From the NCBI GenBank assembly GCA_947565325.1, contig CANOFQ010000001.1:1-45346 (forward strand): a stretch of DNA of 45,346 nt, in the 5' to 3' direction. Below, piece after piece: positions 30,413 to 39,682 of the stretch (the first letter of the stretch is position 1; every line of letters begins with the position of its first letter). This stretch comes from an uncultured bacterium. Its GTDB lineage: Bacteria; Bacillota; Clostridia; Lachnospirales; Lachnospiraceae. Made by a program: the position numbers and the translations under genes. The notes under the pieces were generated by a model that made no database searches, was not told where the DNA came from, and saw nothing but the letters and a program-made list of their open reading frames with translations.

Positions 30413-32514
30413 CGCATCTCCTCCCGCAGGAATATCCCGTTGAGGCTACAGGCTCTTCCCTCCTTCAGCCGGGGCCACTTTTCAAGAAATACCCAGTCCT
30501 TCTCGTGCAGAGCCCTGATCCGCACCCTGAGACACTCTGGAAAATCAAAATACCCCAGACTGAGCGGCACCCGCTCCCCGTCGTAGAAATGGTCGTTGAT
30601 CTTCTCCTCCCCCGCCCAGATATCCATCCCGTAACCGGAATAGTCCATCTCCAGAATCAGATCCGTCCCCTTGGCCCTCGCTGTTCTGTCAAAGCCCTGC
30701 GGATAACGGATGCGGATCTCATAGACCGCCGTCTCACCATCGTTTTCAAGCAGTCCACACTCCGCCCCGGCCCCGATGGCCTCCCTTGTGCGCCGGTACA
30801 CGGCGAACCGCCCTTCCGTGCCCGTTCTCACAAACTCCTCCGGCGGCTCCTTCAGGGCCGGAAAGCTCCTGATTTCGGTGGCCGCCCCTCCCACGCACGT
30901 AAGCTTCCCTTTTTCCTCCCATACATAATTGTCACTGAGAATCAGATAGTCCCTATCCAGCCTGACCTTGTATGCACGCAGGGCCTGCGTCCGGCTCAGG
31001 TGCAGTATATCCGCCCTGTTATCGCCACTCCAGCAATACTGCGGCTGCCGATCCCCATAAAAGACGTAGGTGTCTCCGCCCGCCGTCCTCCCGTCCTCTG
31101 TCTCCCCATTGCCTGCAAGCCTGCACAAGGGCGTGGCTAATGCAGTCTCCAGCACTGCGTCCCCCAGTCTCATGTTATAGGGAAAAAATCCATAATCTCC
31201 GTCCGGAATGTCCGTGGCAGGAAAACAGACATCCCCCTCTTCTGTATGTCCCTTCAGTACGACGTTCCTATGGTTGTCCATTTTCTTCCGTCTCTGGTAA
31301 TTGTTAAAAAACACATATCCGTGCCCGCCGTCGTGCCTGCAGGCTCTGCGCAGCGTGTGAAAATCCCACGGCTTGACGCCCTCCGGCTCGATGACGGAGG
31401 GCAGAGCCGCCAGATCCGCCCCGAAATCCTCCAGAAACAGCGCCAGCAGCCTGATCTCCCCGTAGCTTTCCGAAATGGTTCCGTACTGGCCTATGGGCGC
31501 ATGAAAATCATAATTGATCTCCGGCAGGTCATTGGCGTATCCCGTGGCCCTGCTCTCCTGCAGGGTGGAAAGCCTGCCCTTCGGATTGCTGCCTCCGTGA
31601 TACATATAATAGCCCAGCAGGGCCGCCCCGCTGGCAAGCTTGGTCACGGACATGGCCCCCACGTCCCTGCCTCTGGAAACCGGCCTCCTGTGGCTGGTGG
31701 CCTGCATGCCTCCCCCCAGCTCCGCCGTCAGGTAAGGGAAGCTGCTCTCGTCAAAGGTCACTGCGCCCTCCACATGATGGTCGCAGGCGATCAGGGCGTC
31801 GTTCCTCTCATGGCTGATGACAAAATTGGCATTGGGCGGCAGCTCCTCCACGGTCTGGCTCCAGGGCGCCTCGCAGTATCCGCCCATCACCGGCAGACAG
31901 TCCCCGATGCAGGCCCCTCCCCAGCCCGTTGCCGTGTACAGAGGAACCTCCATGCCCAGCTCTCTGGCCAGCTCCGTCAGCCTGCGCATATGGACCTCCC
32001 CCTTTTCTCCCCTATGGCCTCCCACATGGCCGTATTCATTCTCGATCTGCACGCCAATGACGGGGCCCCCCTCCTTCTCCAGAAGCCCTCTGGCCTGCTC
32101 TGCCACCTGCTGCCAGTAGCGCCTTACATAATACAGATATCTCTCGTCATTGCTCCGCAGGTCCACCCCTTCCTTTCCCAGCTCCACCACCCAGTCCGGA
32201 AATCCGCCGTTGCGAACCTCTCCGTGCACCCACGGGCCCAGACGCAGCAGCACCTTCAGCCCCGCCTCCCGGCACAGCCTCAGATACCGGTTCAGGTCCC
32301 TGCATCCCGAAAAATCGAATACGCCCTTCTCCTCCTCGTGATGAATCCAGATCACATAGGTGGCGGCCACCGTCACGCCCCCTGCCCTCATCTTCCGCAG
32401 GGACTCCTCCCACAGCTCCGCCCTGTATCTGGTATAATGCATCTCCCCCATCACCGGAAACCATGGCCTGCCGTCCCTCCTCAGGCACTGACTGTCATAT
32501 GTATACTCGCCCAT
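30409..32514 (-). CDS. Glycoside hydrolase family 35 (beta-galactosidase-like)
   Basis: GEMHYTR, YVIWIHHEE, LRLGPWVHGE, GGPVIGVQIENEY, LTAELGGG, YYMYHGGSNP, YDFHAP. Start moved to ATG 32514. Confidence 0.9.
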   Translation of the reverse strand: MGEYTYDSQCLRRDGRPWFPVMGEMHYTRYRAELWEESLRKMRAGGVTVAATYVIWIHHEEEKGVFDFSGCRDLNRYLRLCREAGLKVLLRLGPWVHGEVRNGGFPDWVVELGKEGVDLRSNDERYLYYVRRYWQQVAEQARGLLEKEGGPVIGVQIENEYGHVGGHRGEKGEVHMRRLTELARELGMEVPLYTATGWGGACIGDCLPVMGGYCEAPWSQTVEELPPNANFVISHERNDALIACDHHVEGAVTFDESSFPYLTAELGGGMQATSHRRPVSRGRDVGAMSVTKLASGAALLGYYMYHGGSNPKGRLSTLQESRATGYANDLPEINYDFHAPIGQYGTISESYGEIRLLALFLEDFGADLAALPSVIEPEGVKPWDFHTLRRACRHDGGHGYVFFNNYQRRKKMDNHRNVVLKGHTEEGDVCFPATDIPDGDYGFFPYNMRLGDAVLETALATPLCRLAGNGETEDGRTAGGDTYVFYGDRQPQYCWSGDNRADILHLSRTQALRAYKVRLDRDYLILSDNYVWEEKGKLTCVGGAATEIRSFPALKEPPEEFVRTGTEGRFAVYRRTREAIGAGAECGLLENDGETAVYEIRIRYPQGFDRTARAKGTDLILEMDYSGYGMDIWAGEEKINDHFYDGERVPLSLGYFDFPECLRVRIRALHEKDWVFLEKWPRLKEGRACSLNGIFLREEMR

Positions 32515-32685
32515 ACCGGCCCCTCCTGTCTCTCTTATCATTTATTTCTGCATCTCTGCAGCATATCCGTTATCTCATGCCTTTCTATGTGTCATCTCGC
32601 ACACTGCCCATGCTTTATAAAATCCTTACCCTCCGTGCATTTCCAGACCATGCCCTCTCCCCCCTCTGTCGCATCACCTCGTTCC

Positions 32686-33411
32686 TCATAACCGCAATTT
32701 CCACGGTCTGGTCTTGCCAAGCCAGCCCTGCTCCGCCCAATACTTCCCGTCCAGATATTCTGGGTCGTTTTTATGTAGTTTCCGCTGCATCAGACGGCAG
32801 ACAAAAAACTTTGCCTTGGTGATCAAATTTGTGTGTGCGGGCTTTGAATAATCCATCCCTGCGAACTTCCCAGACAGCCTTTTCACTTTTCTCGTCAGTT
32901 CTGCCCGCTTTTTTTCGGAAAGTCTCTCCCAGACAATATCGCCCGTCAGTGCGCCGGTGAATATTCCGATTTTGGAAATTCCCCACCAAGATAAGCTGTG
33001 CTTTATATCCTTTGCCGCAGATTTTGCTCCTGCGCCTAAACACTGCGTCATGATCACTGCCCGTTTTCCAAACATTTCGGGGGCGGGACGGTGGGGCAGC
33101 CAACGCCAGGCAAAATGGTCGAGAAACGCTTTCATCCCTCCCGTAGCGTGAAACACATATGCGGGGGAGGTCATTACAATCAAATCTGCCTTCAAAAGGG
33201 ATTTTTCGATTTTTCCAATGTATTCCGCATCCTTGCAGGCGCTTTCGCCCTTTATCATACAGTTTACACAGCCATTGCAGAAATTGGGACAATCTTTTGG
33301 AAGATAATATTCCGTAATGTCTGCCTTCTCCCTGAAAGCGGCTAAAAACACTTCTTTCAATTGATAGGTCACACGAAGCTTTTCTGTACCGTTTATACCC
33401 GCTATGTTCAT
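32686..33411 (-). CDS. Flavodoxin-like NAD(P)H-dependent FMN oxidoreductase / iron-sulfur flavoprotein family
   Basis: INGT at the N-terminus, CNGCVNC-x7-C cluster motif, ADLIVMTSPAY, MKAFLDH. Confidence 0.8.
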   Translation of the reverse strand: MNIAGINGTEKLRVTYQLKEVFLAAFREKADITEYYLPKDCPNFCNGCVNCMIKGESACKDAEYIGKIEKSLLKADLIVMTSPAYVFHATGGMKAFLDHFAWRWLPHRPAPEMFGKRAVIMTQCLGAGAKSAAKDIKHSLSWWGISKIGIFTGALTGDIVWERLSEKKRAELTRKVKRLSGKFAGMDYSKPAHTNLITKAKFFVCRLMQRKLHKNDPEYLDGKYWAEQGWLGKTRPWKLRL

Positions 33412-33584
33412 TCCTATGTCCCTATGCCTCCAAAATGCCGTGTGAATTTTCTAAATCGAATCGAATTGGCTTCCACTCATCATACCATAGTCTGTGTATG
33501 CTGCCAACCCTCCGTGTCGGATCAGCCATAAAACATTCGTATCTTATCTATGATCCACACCTCATCCATAAAAAAGTGCACAAA

Positions 33585-33616
33585 AATACAATTTGGACAC
33601 ATTTTCATGGTAAAAT
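33585..33616 (+). promoter_or_regulatory. Extended -10 promoter of the response regulator with phased ACA repeats
   Basis: aaTACAatttggaCACAttttcaTGgTAAAAT, followed by an AGGAGG RBS and a TTG start. Confidence 0.55.
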
Positions 33617-33652
33617 AAGTCCAAAAACGAAAAGAATAGGAGGCTGACTGCC

Positions 33653-34306
33653 TTGACAGACATACTGATCGTAGAAGACGATGATTCCATAGCTGAACTG
33701 ATCGCCATGAACCTGTGCGGGGAGGGCTATGGCTGCACCTGCGCCCACGACGGCCTTGAGGGCGCCGAGCTGCTGGAAAAAGAGCGCTTCGACCTGATCC
33801 TTCTGGACATTATGCTGCCGGGAATGGACGGCTATACGCTTCTGGAACAGATCCGGCCCTTGGGGACCCCGGTGATTTTCCTCACTGCAAAGGGCTGCGT
33901 GGAGGACCGGATCAGGGGGCTGCGGGCAGGGGCGGACGATTATCTTGCCAAACCCTTTCAGGTGGGGGAGCTGCTGGCCAGAGTGGAGGCGGTGCTGCGG
34001 CGCAGGAGCATCCGGGAAAACAAGCTGCAGCTGGGGGACGTTTCCATCGATCTGGATTCCAGACAGGTGGAAAAGGCAGGCTGCCCGGTGATTCTCACCG
34101 CAAAGGAATTCGACCTGCTGGCGCAGCTGGCACAGAATAAAAACGTGGCCCTGCGCCGGGACCGGCTTTATGAGCAGGTATGGAAGGAGCCCTTTCTGGG
34201 GGAGACCAGAACTCTGGACGCCCATATCCAGCGGCTGCGCAAAAAGCTGGGCTGGGAGGACCGGATCAAGACCCTTTTCCGCATAGGCTACAGACTGGAG
34301 GGATGA
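33653..34306 (+). CDS. OmpR/PhoB family response regulator
   Basis: ILIVEDD, LLDIMLPGMDG, FLTAK, GADDYLAKPF, LTAKEFDLL, RTLDAHIQRLRKKL, IGYRLE. Confidence 0.96.
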   Translation: MTDILIVEDDDSIAELIAMNLCGEGYGCTCAHDGLEGAELLEKERFDLILLDIMLPGMDGYTLLEQIRPLGTPVIFLTAKGCVEDRIRGLRAGADDYLAKPFQVGELLARVEAVLRRRSIRENKLQLGDVSIDLDSRQVEKAGCPVILTAKEFDLLAQLAQNKNVALRRDRLYEQVWKEPFLGETRTLDAHIQRLRKKLGWEDRIKTLFRIGYRLEG

Positions 34307-34307
34307 C

Positions 34308-36110
34308 ATGAAGCTCTTTACGAAAATTTTTCTCTTCGGCATGCTGGCGTTCGGGGCGGCCTTCTCCGCATCCGGGTATTTCCTGCTCCGCCACTCACTG
34401 GAGAGCAGCGTGTCCAGAGAGGCGGACTTCGCCCTGAAGCAGTACCAATATGATAAATTCACCGTCCAGTCCGCACTGCTGAACTACAGCGGCGTCTCTG
34501 TCTCAGCAGGCTATGTTGACGGCCTTGTCCCTGATGACGCCCAGATCTACACCATCTGGAAAATCTTTCCTGAGAACTGGGCTGATTTCGATAACTACTA
34601 TTTTTTTGAGGACTCCTCCATTCTGCCGCAGAGCCCTCATACGGATATTCCGGCTTCTTCAGACAGCAGCGCCCCGGAGAATCTTTTGGACGATGCCGCA
34701 CCAGAGGAACCCCTTTCGCCCATAGAGATCCTCCCTGCCCTTGAGCTGCCAAAGAGCCAGCTGACCGAGGGCTTCTTCCGGACGCTGGCCTCGGAAATCA
34801 GCGTTCCCGCCGCCTTTTTTGCGGCGGACAAGACCCTTCTGTACTCGGAGATCGAGGAACTGGATACCTCTTTTCTGAACGGCCTTTCAGAAAATGCCCA
34901 CGCATACCAGTTTCAAGATACCCCAAGGGGCTGCTCTGTGCTGGTGGGCAGCCTGCTTGACTGGAACAGCCCCTTCACTGCCCTTACAAAAGAGGAAAGG
35001 GATGCCCTTCCCGGCGCCTCCGCAAGTCTTGAACGGATTTACTTTGTCACACAGTGGGACATGAGCAAAACCATGGCGCAGCAGGACACCCTGCGAAACT
35101 ATTTCGTCCGCTGCTATCTCATCGCAATGACCGCCGGAGCGGCGCTTCTGGTCCTCCTTTCCGCACTGCTCACCGGCCCTCTGAAAAGAATGTCCCGGGC
35201 CGCCGGCAGAATGGCGCAGGGATATTACGCAGAGAGGCTGACCCTGAAAAGCGGCGGCGAAATCGGCGCTCTGGCGGAAAGCTTCAATCAGATGGCCGAT
35301 TCCGTGGAGGACAAAATCCACAGGCTCTCCAAAGCCGCCAGAGAGAAGGAGGATTTCGTGGCCAATTTCGCCCACGAGCTGAAAACGCCCCTGACCTCCA
35401 TCATCGGCTATGCGGACACCATATGCCAGCGGGAGCTGTCCCGGGAAGAGCTGCACAAGGCCTCATGGCGCATCCTCACCGAAGGAATGCGCCTGGAGGC
35501 CCTCTCCCAGAAGCTGATGGAGCTGATCGTTCTGGGGCGGCAGGATTTCCCCTTGTCGGAAACGCTTGTGACGGAGCTGCTGCAGGACGTGGAGGACAGC
35601 CTTGCGCCCCTTCTTTCGGAAAAACAGATTACATTGCGTCTTCAGGCGCAGCCTGCGGAGGTTCTCATGGATTATGATCTGCTGAAAACCCTCCTGCTGA
35701 ATCTGGCGGACAATTCCGTCAAGGCCGGCTGCAGCACAATCGAGCTGCAGGGCACAAGGCAGGAGGACGGCTACTGGATCTGTGCGGGCGACGACGGCTG
35801 CGGCATGGAGGAGGAAGAGCTTTCACGCATCACGGAGGCCTTCTACATGGTGGACAAGGCCCGTTCCCGCAGGCAGCACGGCGCCGGGCTGGGGCTGGCT
35901 CTGGCCGACAGAATCGCCGGGATACACGGAGGGGCGCTTTTGTTCAAGAGCCAGAAGGGCGTTGGAACCACCGTGCGCTTCCGGCTGAAATATCCCAGCC
36001 CATGCCCTCAGGATACCGATATCATAAATGCCGATTCCAGGGACGGCAACAAACAAAAATGCCAGACTGACGGCAAAACGGATTCGCACCATGATCACAG
36101 CGCCACATAG
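34308..36110 (+). CDS. HAMP-domain sensor histidine kinase
   Basis: Two TM helices around a large extracellular domain, HAMP (EIGALAESFNQMA), FAHELKTPLT, NLADNSVK, DDGCGM, FYMVDKARSR, GAGLGL. Confidence 0.95.
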   Translation: MKLFTKIFLFGMLAFGAAFSASGYFLLRHSLESSVSREADFALKQYQYDKFTVQSALLNYSGVSVSAGYVDGLVPDDAQIYTIWKIFPENWADFDNYYFFEDSSILPQSPHTDIPASSDSSAPENLLDDAAPEEPLSPIEILPALELPKSQLTEGFFRTLASEISVPAAFFAADKTLLYSEIEELDTSFLNGLSENAHAYQFQDTPRGCSVLVGSLLDWNSPFTALTKEERDALPGASASLERIYFVTQWDMSKTMAQQDTLRNYFVRCYLIAMTAGAALLVLLSALLTGPLKRMSRAAGRMAQGYYAERLTLKSGGEIGALAESFNQMADSVEDKIHRLSKAAREKEDFVANFAHELKTPLTSIIGYADTICQRELSREELHKASWRILTEGMRLEALSQKLMELIVLGRQDFPLSETLVTELLQDVEDSLAPLLSEKQITLRLQAQPAEVLMDYDLLKTLLLNLADNSVKAGCSTIELQGTRQEDGYWICAGDDGCGMEEEELSRITEAFYMVDKARSRRQHGAGLGLALADRIAGIHGGALLFKSQKGVGTTVRFRLKYPSPCPQDTDIINADSRDGNKQKCQTDGKTDSHHDHSAT

Positions 36111-36177
36111 GACAGCTGCCGTGCAAAGCTCCTTACGATAAACACGGTAAAATGCAGCCTGAGGAGGAAAAGAAATC

Positions 36178-37074
36178 ATGCCAAACAGCAGATCACGAAA
36201 AAACACACTGATCAATCTTGCAGGCCTGCTGCTGGCTCTCGCCATCGCCTCGGGGGGCCTGCTGGGGGTGCAGGCCCGTCTTGCCCACGAGGAAGCCAGC
36301 CTGCTGCAGGGAGGCGGCATGGTGGAGCTCTCTGTCGCATCTGACCCGAGCCCCTCTGAGGAAGTGGATGTGCAGGTGCCCGGGACTCCCCTCACCGAGG
36401 AAGAGCTGACTCTCGTGATCCAGAGTCTGGAGTCCGGCGCAGAGCCCTATCCCCATGCCCCCGGCCAGAGCCAGCTGTCCATGGCCGAGGCCATGGAACA
36501 GGGCCGCTCATGGCTGGAGAGCTTTTTCATGCCCCATCTGGGCGTGACTGATTTTCATCTGAGTGAACAGAAAACCGGCTGTTATCTCTGGACTGTACAG
36601 GAGGACACTCCCCTTCTCAGCTACTGGACCGTGACCTTCAGCGCAAAGAACCTGGAGGCAGAGCTGATCCTCAACGCCTCCAGCGGGCAGGTTCTGGACG
36701 CATCGGTGCGCTGCGCCCTCCCAACCCAGTCTCAGGATACGGAAGACCTCATGGATTTTCTGGATGACTATGCCTCCTCCTTTGGCCTGAAGGAGCAGTC
36801 TGTTTTGATAGAAAACGACGGAGATGGCGATTACAACAGTATCATAAGTCCTGCTGATGATTCGGAAATGGCTGACAGTATTCCAAGAAACGCCGAAATC
36901 TATGGCCGGACCATGTACCAGAGCATAGGCAGCCAAGGCATATTCGCTGCCCTAAATGTCAATCGCATCGTGTTCAGCTGCCCCGTCCAGGGAGAGACGC
37001 CGGATGTTGATTATGTGCAGGCCAAGGAAATTCTCAGCATCCGCCTGCGCCTGACCTCCAAGCTCACAGAATAA
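36178..37074 (+). CDS. Membrane-anchored hypothetical protein, possibly PepSY-like
   Basis: GAGGAGG RBS, N-terminal hydrophobic anchor, and LSMAEAME...YWTVTF...LILNASSGQVL, which resembles a PepSY-like pattern. Confidence 0.7.
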   Translation: MPNSRSRKNTLINLAGLLLALAIASGGLLGVQARLAHEEASLLQGGGMVELSVASDPSPSEEVDVQVPGTPLTEEELTLVIQSLESGAEPYPHAPGQSQLSMAEAMEQGRSWLESFFMPHLGVTDFHLSEQKTGCYLWTVQEDTPLLSYWTVTFSAKNLEAELILNASSGQVLDASVRCALPTQSQDTEDLMDFLDDYASSFGLKEQSVLIENDGDGDYNSIISPADDSEMADSIPRNAEIYGRTMYQSIGSQGIFAALNVNRIVFSCPVQGETPDVDYVQAKEILSIRLRLTSKLTE

Positions 37075-37139
37075 GAAGCCTTGACTCATGGGGAGAGGCA
37101 GAATCCGTTTTTCAGCTCAGCAGAGACCGTAAAGGAAAA

Positions 37140-37171
37140 TTTGTATAAGATTTTATTTGTATAAGATTTTA
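37140..37171. repeat. Perfect 2 x 16-bp tandem repeat
   Basis: tttgtataagatttta at 37140-37155 and 37156-37171. Confidence 0.9.
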
Positions 37172-37221
37172 CAACTTAGGCACAAGTAGAACACAGGCCC
37201 TTGACATTTTCCTGATATCAT
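37170..37221 (+). promoter_or_regulatory. Extended -10 promoter with four 11-bp-phased NACA repeats (candidate response regulator sites)
   Basis: TACA 37170, CACA 37181, CACA 37192, GACA 37203, then TGaTATCAT at 37213-37221. Confidence 0.55.
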
Positions 37222-37243
37222 AGGTAACAGCATCGGCTGATGC

Positions 37244-37339
37244 GAAACTTAAGGCCGGCATCCGGGACTCAGGTCAGCGTCCCAAACTCAGATCGGCACC
37301 CGAGACTTCAGTCAGCGTCCGAAACTCACACTGACATCT
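37244..37339. repeat. Degenerate tandem array, 5 units of 19-20 bp, in the leader of the lipoprotein gene
   Basis: gaaacttaaggccggcatcc / gggactcaggtcagcgtcc / caaactcagatcggcaccc / gagacttcagtcagcgtcc / gaaactcacactgacatct. Confidence 0.75.
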
Positions 37340-37397
37340 GCCTGCGGGCTGTGCCGGAGAAGCGAATGCCGGACATTCATCAGGAGGTATCACGTAA

Positions 37398-39671
37398 ATG
37401 TCAAAACACAGATTCACAAAACGGCTGACGGCCCTGCTGGCCGCAGTCCTCATGACAGGCACCCTTGCAGGCTGCGGAAACGACGGCGGCCCTGCGTCAG
37501 ACAGAGCTTCCGGAGGAAACGACGGCGCTGCCGGGCCCGCCAAGGGCAGATATGTGGAAACTCAGGAAAGCCTGCCCTCAGAGCTGGCGGACCACATCAT
37601 CCTGCAGATGTTTTCCGTTGAAAACCAGCTGCACCTGCTCACAGCCAGGCAGGAGGGGGAACAAGCGCTCCTGCGGGAGTGGGTTCTGCGCAAGGAGGGC
37701 TTTCAGGACGAGACTCCGGCCTGGCTTGCGTCCATAGAGCTGCGCTGCACGGAAGGCTGGCTGGACGGGAAGCTGGTCTACGGCACCGAAAACCGGCAGT
37801 ATCTCTATGCCGCCTACATTGCCGCAGACGCAGAGGAGCCCCTTCTGCTAGGACATCTCTGGAAGGCCGAGGGCGATGAGGCCACGGAAATCACTCCCGA
37901 AAAATGGTCCGTCCCCAGCGAGGACTGGGGAATGTATGAAAATGTTCAGGGGCTGGCGGCTCTGGACGACGGCACTCTGGCCGCTGTCTCCTATAATTCC
38001 GTCTCCATTCTCTCCGGCGAGGACGGCCGCATCCTTGACACCAGCTCCTCTTCTGCCTTCTACGAGGGCGGCATCTTGTCGGACGGCAAAAATTTATACC
38101 TTCGCTTTTCCAGCGAAGAAGGCGGCGTCATCGAAAAATGGATGGAGGCAAAGAATACCGACCCTGCAGAGATCCCCTTCCCCTCTGGCAGCGGTTCCGG
38201 CGACGATTCATTCGTGATCGGCGGAAGCGGCAGTCTGGCTCTGGACATCCTGAAGGACGGCACTCTCATCGCCGCCAACGAGGACGGCATCTTCCGTCTG
38301 GCGGGCGGTGCGCCGGAGGGCCAGTGGGAGAGGCTGGCGGAGGGCATAGAGACGGATTTCTCCATGGGGGACTGTGTCTGCACGGATCTGGCCGCCTTGG
38401 AGGACGGACGCATCTACGGGCTGTTTGAAACCGAAGACGGCCAGAAGCTGAACCGCTATGAATATGACCCGGACGCAGTGTCGGAGGTGACCACGGTGCT
38501 GAAGCTCTACACCGTCCATGAAAGCTCCCTGCTCAAGCAGGCGGCCACCCTGTACCACAAGGCCCATCCCGACGTGCGGATCGACATTGAATACGAATAT
38601 CCCTTGTACACCTACGATCTGCTCGATTATGAATCTGTCTATACCAAGCTGAACACCAGACTCATGGGAGACGATGCGCCGGACATTCTGGTCATGGATC
38701 ATCTGAACCTGAATTCCTACGCCGCAAGGGGGCTGCTGACTGATCTGGATGAGCTGATAAGGCCTCTGGAGGAAAACGGCACCCTGCTGTCCAACATCAC
38801 CGGCGCCTATGTGGGAGAGAATCAGAAAAGATACGTGGTTCCCCTGCAGTTCGGCTTCACCCTTGCCATGGGCAGGGACATCGCCGTCAAGGACATGGGC
38901 TCCATGGAGGCGCTGGCAGCTTTCCTGTCCCAGACAGATTACAGCTATCTGGGGCCCCAGACCGTTGCGGAGCTGGTGGATAAATTCTACCCCTACTTCT
39001 GCGATGAGATCGTCAGCGGAAAAGAGCTGAACCGGGAGGCCACGGGCAGATATCTGGAATACCTGAAGGCCATCGGGGACAACTGCGGAATCCTTGACAG
39101 CCGCACGGACGATAATCCCGTCTACACCATGTGGGAGCTGGCCTCCTCGGCAAAGCTGGCCTTCAACCGGGCCGACGGCTTCATGGACTGCATGTTCCCC
39201 ATGTCCATGTCAGACTACATCAAGGGAGATTTCACCGCCTTTGAGAACCGCTTCCTTCCCTCTCTGCAGACGGGAATCTACACAAAGAGCCCCTATCAGG
39301 ACGTGGCCAAGGACTTCCTGCTGTTCGCCTTGTCGGAGCAGATTCAGGACAAGGATTATTACGACGGCTTCCCGGTGAACAAGGCTTCCCTGAATAAGCA
39401 TTCGGAGGCAGACCGCTCTAACTACATCGCCGCCACCATGATCAAGGCGGACGACGGAAGCCTTATCGAATTCGACAGCAAGGCCTATTCGCCAGAAATA
39501 GCAAGGCGGCTCGCCGACTTGTGTAAGGGTCTGGATAGGCCCGTCAGGGAGGACGCCAAGATCCGGGAGGTGCTGATCGACTGCCTGGGCGCCTATCTGA
39601 AGGGCACCGCCTCCAAGGAGGACACGGTACAGAAAATCGAGGACGGACTGAAAATGTATCTGGCGGAATAA
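37398..39671 (+). CDS. Large extracellular solute-binding lipoprotein (N-terminal beta-rich domain plus SBP_bac_1-like domain)
   Basis: Lipobox LAGC, KGRYVET, then LKQAATLYHKAHPDVRI, LNTRLMGDDAPDILVMD, LLTDL, YVVPLQF, AKDFL, GFPVN, LKMYLAE. AGGAGGT RBS. Confidence 0.88.
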   Translation: MSKHRFTKRLTALLAAVLMTGTLAGCGNDGGPASDRASGGNDGAAGPAKGRYVETQESLPSELADHIILQMFSVENQLHLLTARQEGEQALLREWVLRKEGFQDETPAWLASIELRCTEGWLDGKLVYGTENRQYLYAAYIAADAEEPLLLGHLWKAEGDEATEITPEKWSVPSEDWGMYENVQGLAALDDGTLAAVSYNSVSILSGEDGRILDTSSSSAFYEGGILSDGKNLYLRFSSEEGGVIEKWMEAKNTDPAEIPFPSGSGSGDDSFVIGGSGSLALDILKDGTLIAANEDGIFRLAGGAPEGQWERLAEGIETDFSMGDCVCTDLAALEDGRIYGLFETEDGQKLNRYEYDPDAVSEVTTVLKLYTVHESSLLKQAATLYHKAHPDVRIDIEYEYPLYTYDLLDYESVYTKLNTRLMGDDAPDILVMDHLNLNSYAARGLLTDLDELIRPLEENGTLLSNITGAYVGENQKRYVVPLQFGFTLAMGRDIAVKDMGSMEALAAFLSQTDYSYLGPQTVAELVDKFYPYFCDEIVSGKELNREATGRYLEYLKAIGDNCGILDSRTDDNPVYTMWELASSAKLAFNRADGFMDCMFPMSMSDYIKGDFTAFENRFLPSLQTGIYTKSPYQDVAKDFLLFALSEQIQDKDYYDGFPVNKASLNKHSEADRSNYIAATMIKADDGSLIEFDSKAYSPEIARRLADLCKGLDRPVREDAKIREVLIDCLGAYLKGTASKEDTVQKIEDGLKMYLAE

Positions 39672-39682
39672 TTCTGCCACAC

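Noticed and set aside
36000-36125. Hydrophobic antisense reading (LCGAVIMVRIRFAVSLAFLFVAVPGIG) opposite the HK's polar C-terminal tail, as a remnant membrane-protein gene
   Set aside because: Antisense of polar A-rich codons is naturally hydrophobic, and there is no start, RBS or family motif to support it.
37201-37206. TTGACA as the -35 of the lipoprotein promoter
   Set aside because: No acceptable -10 at 16-18 bp. The extended -10 at 37213-37221 fits better, and GACA falls in the phased repeat series.
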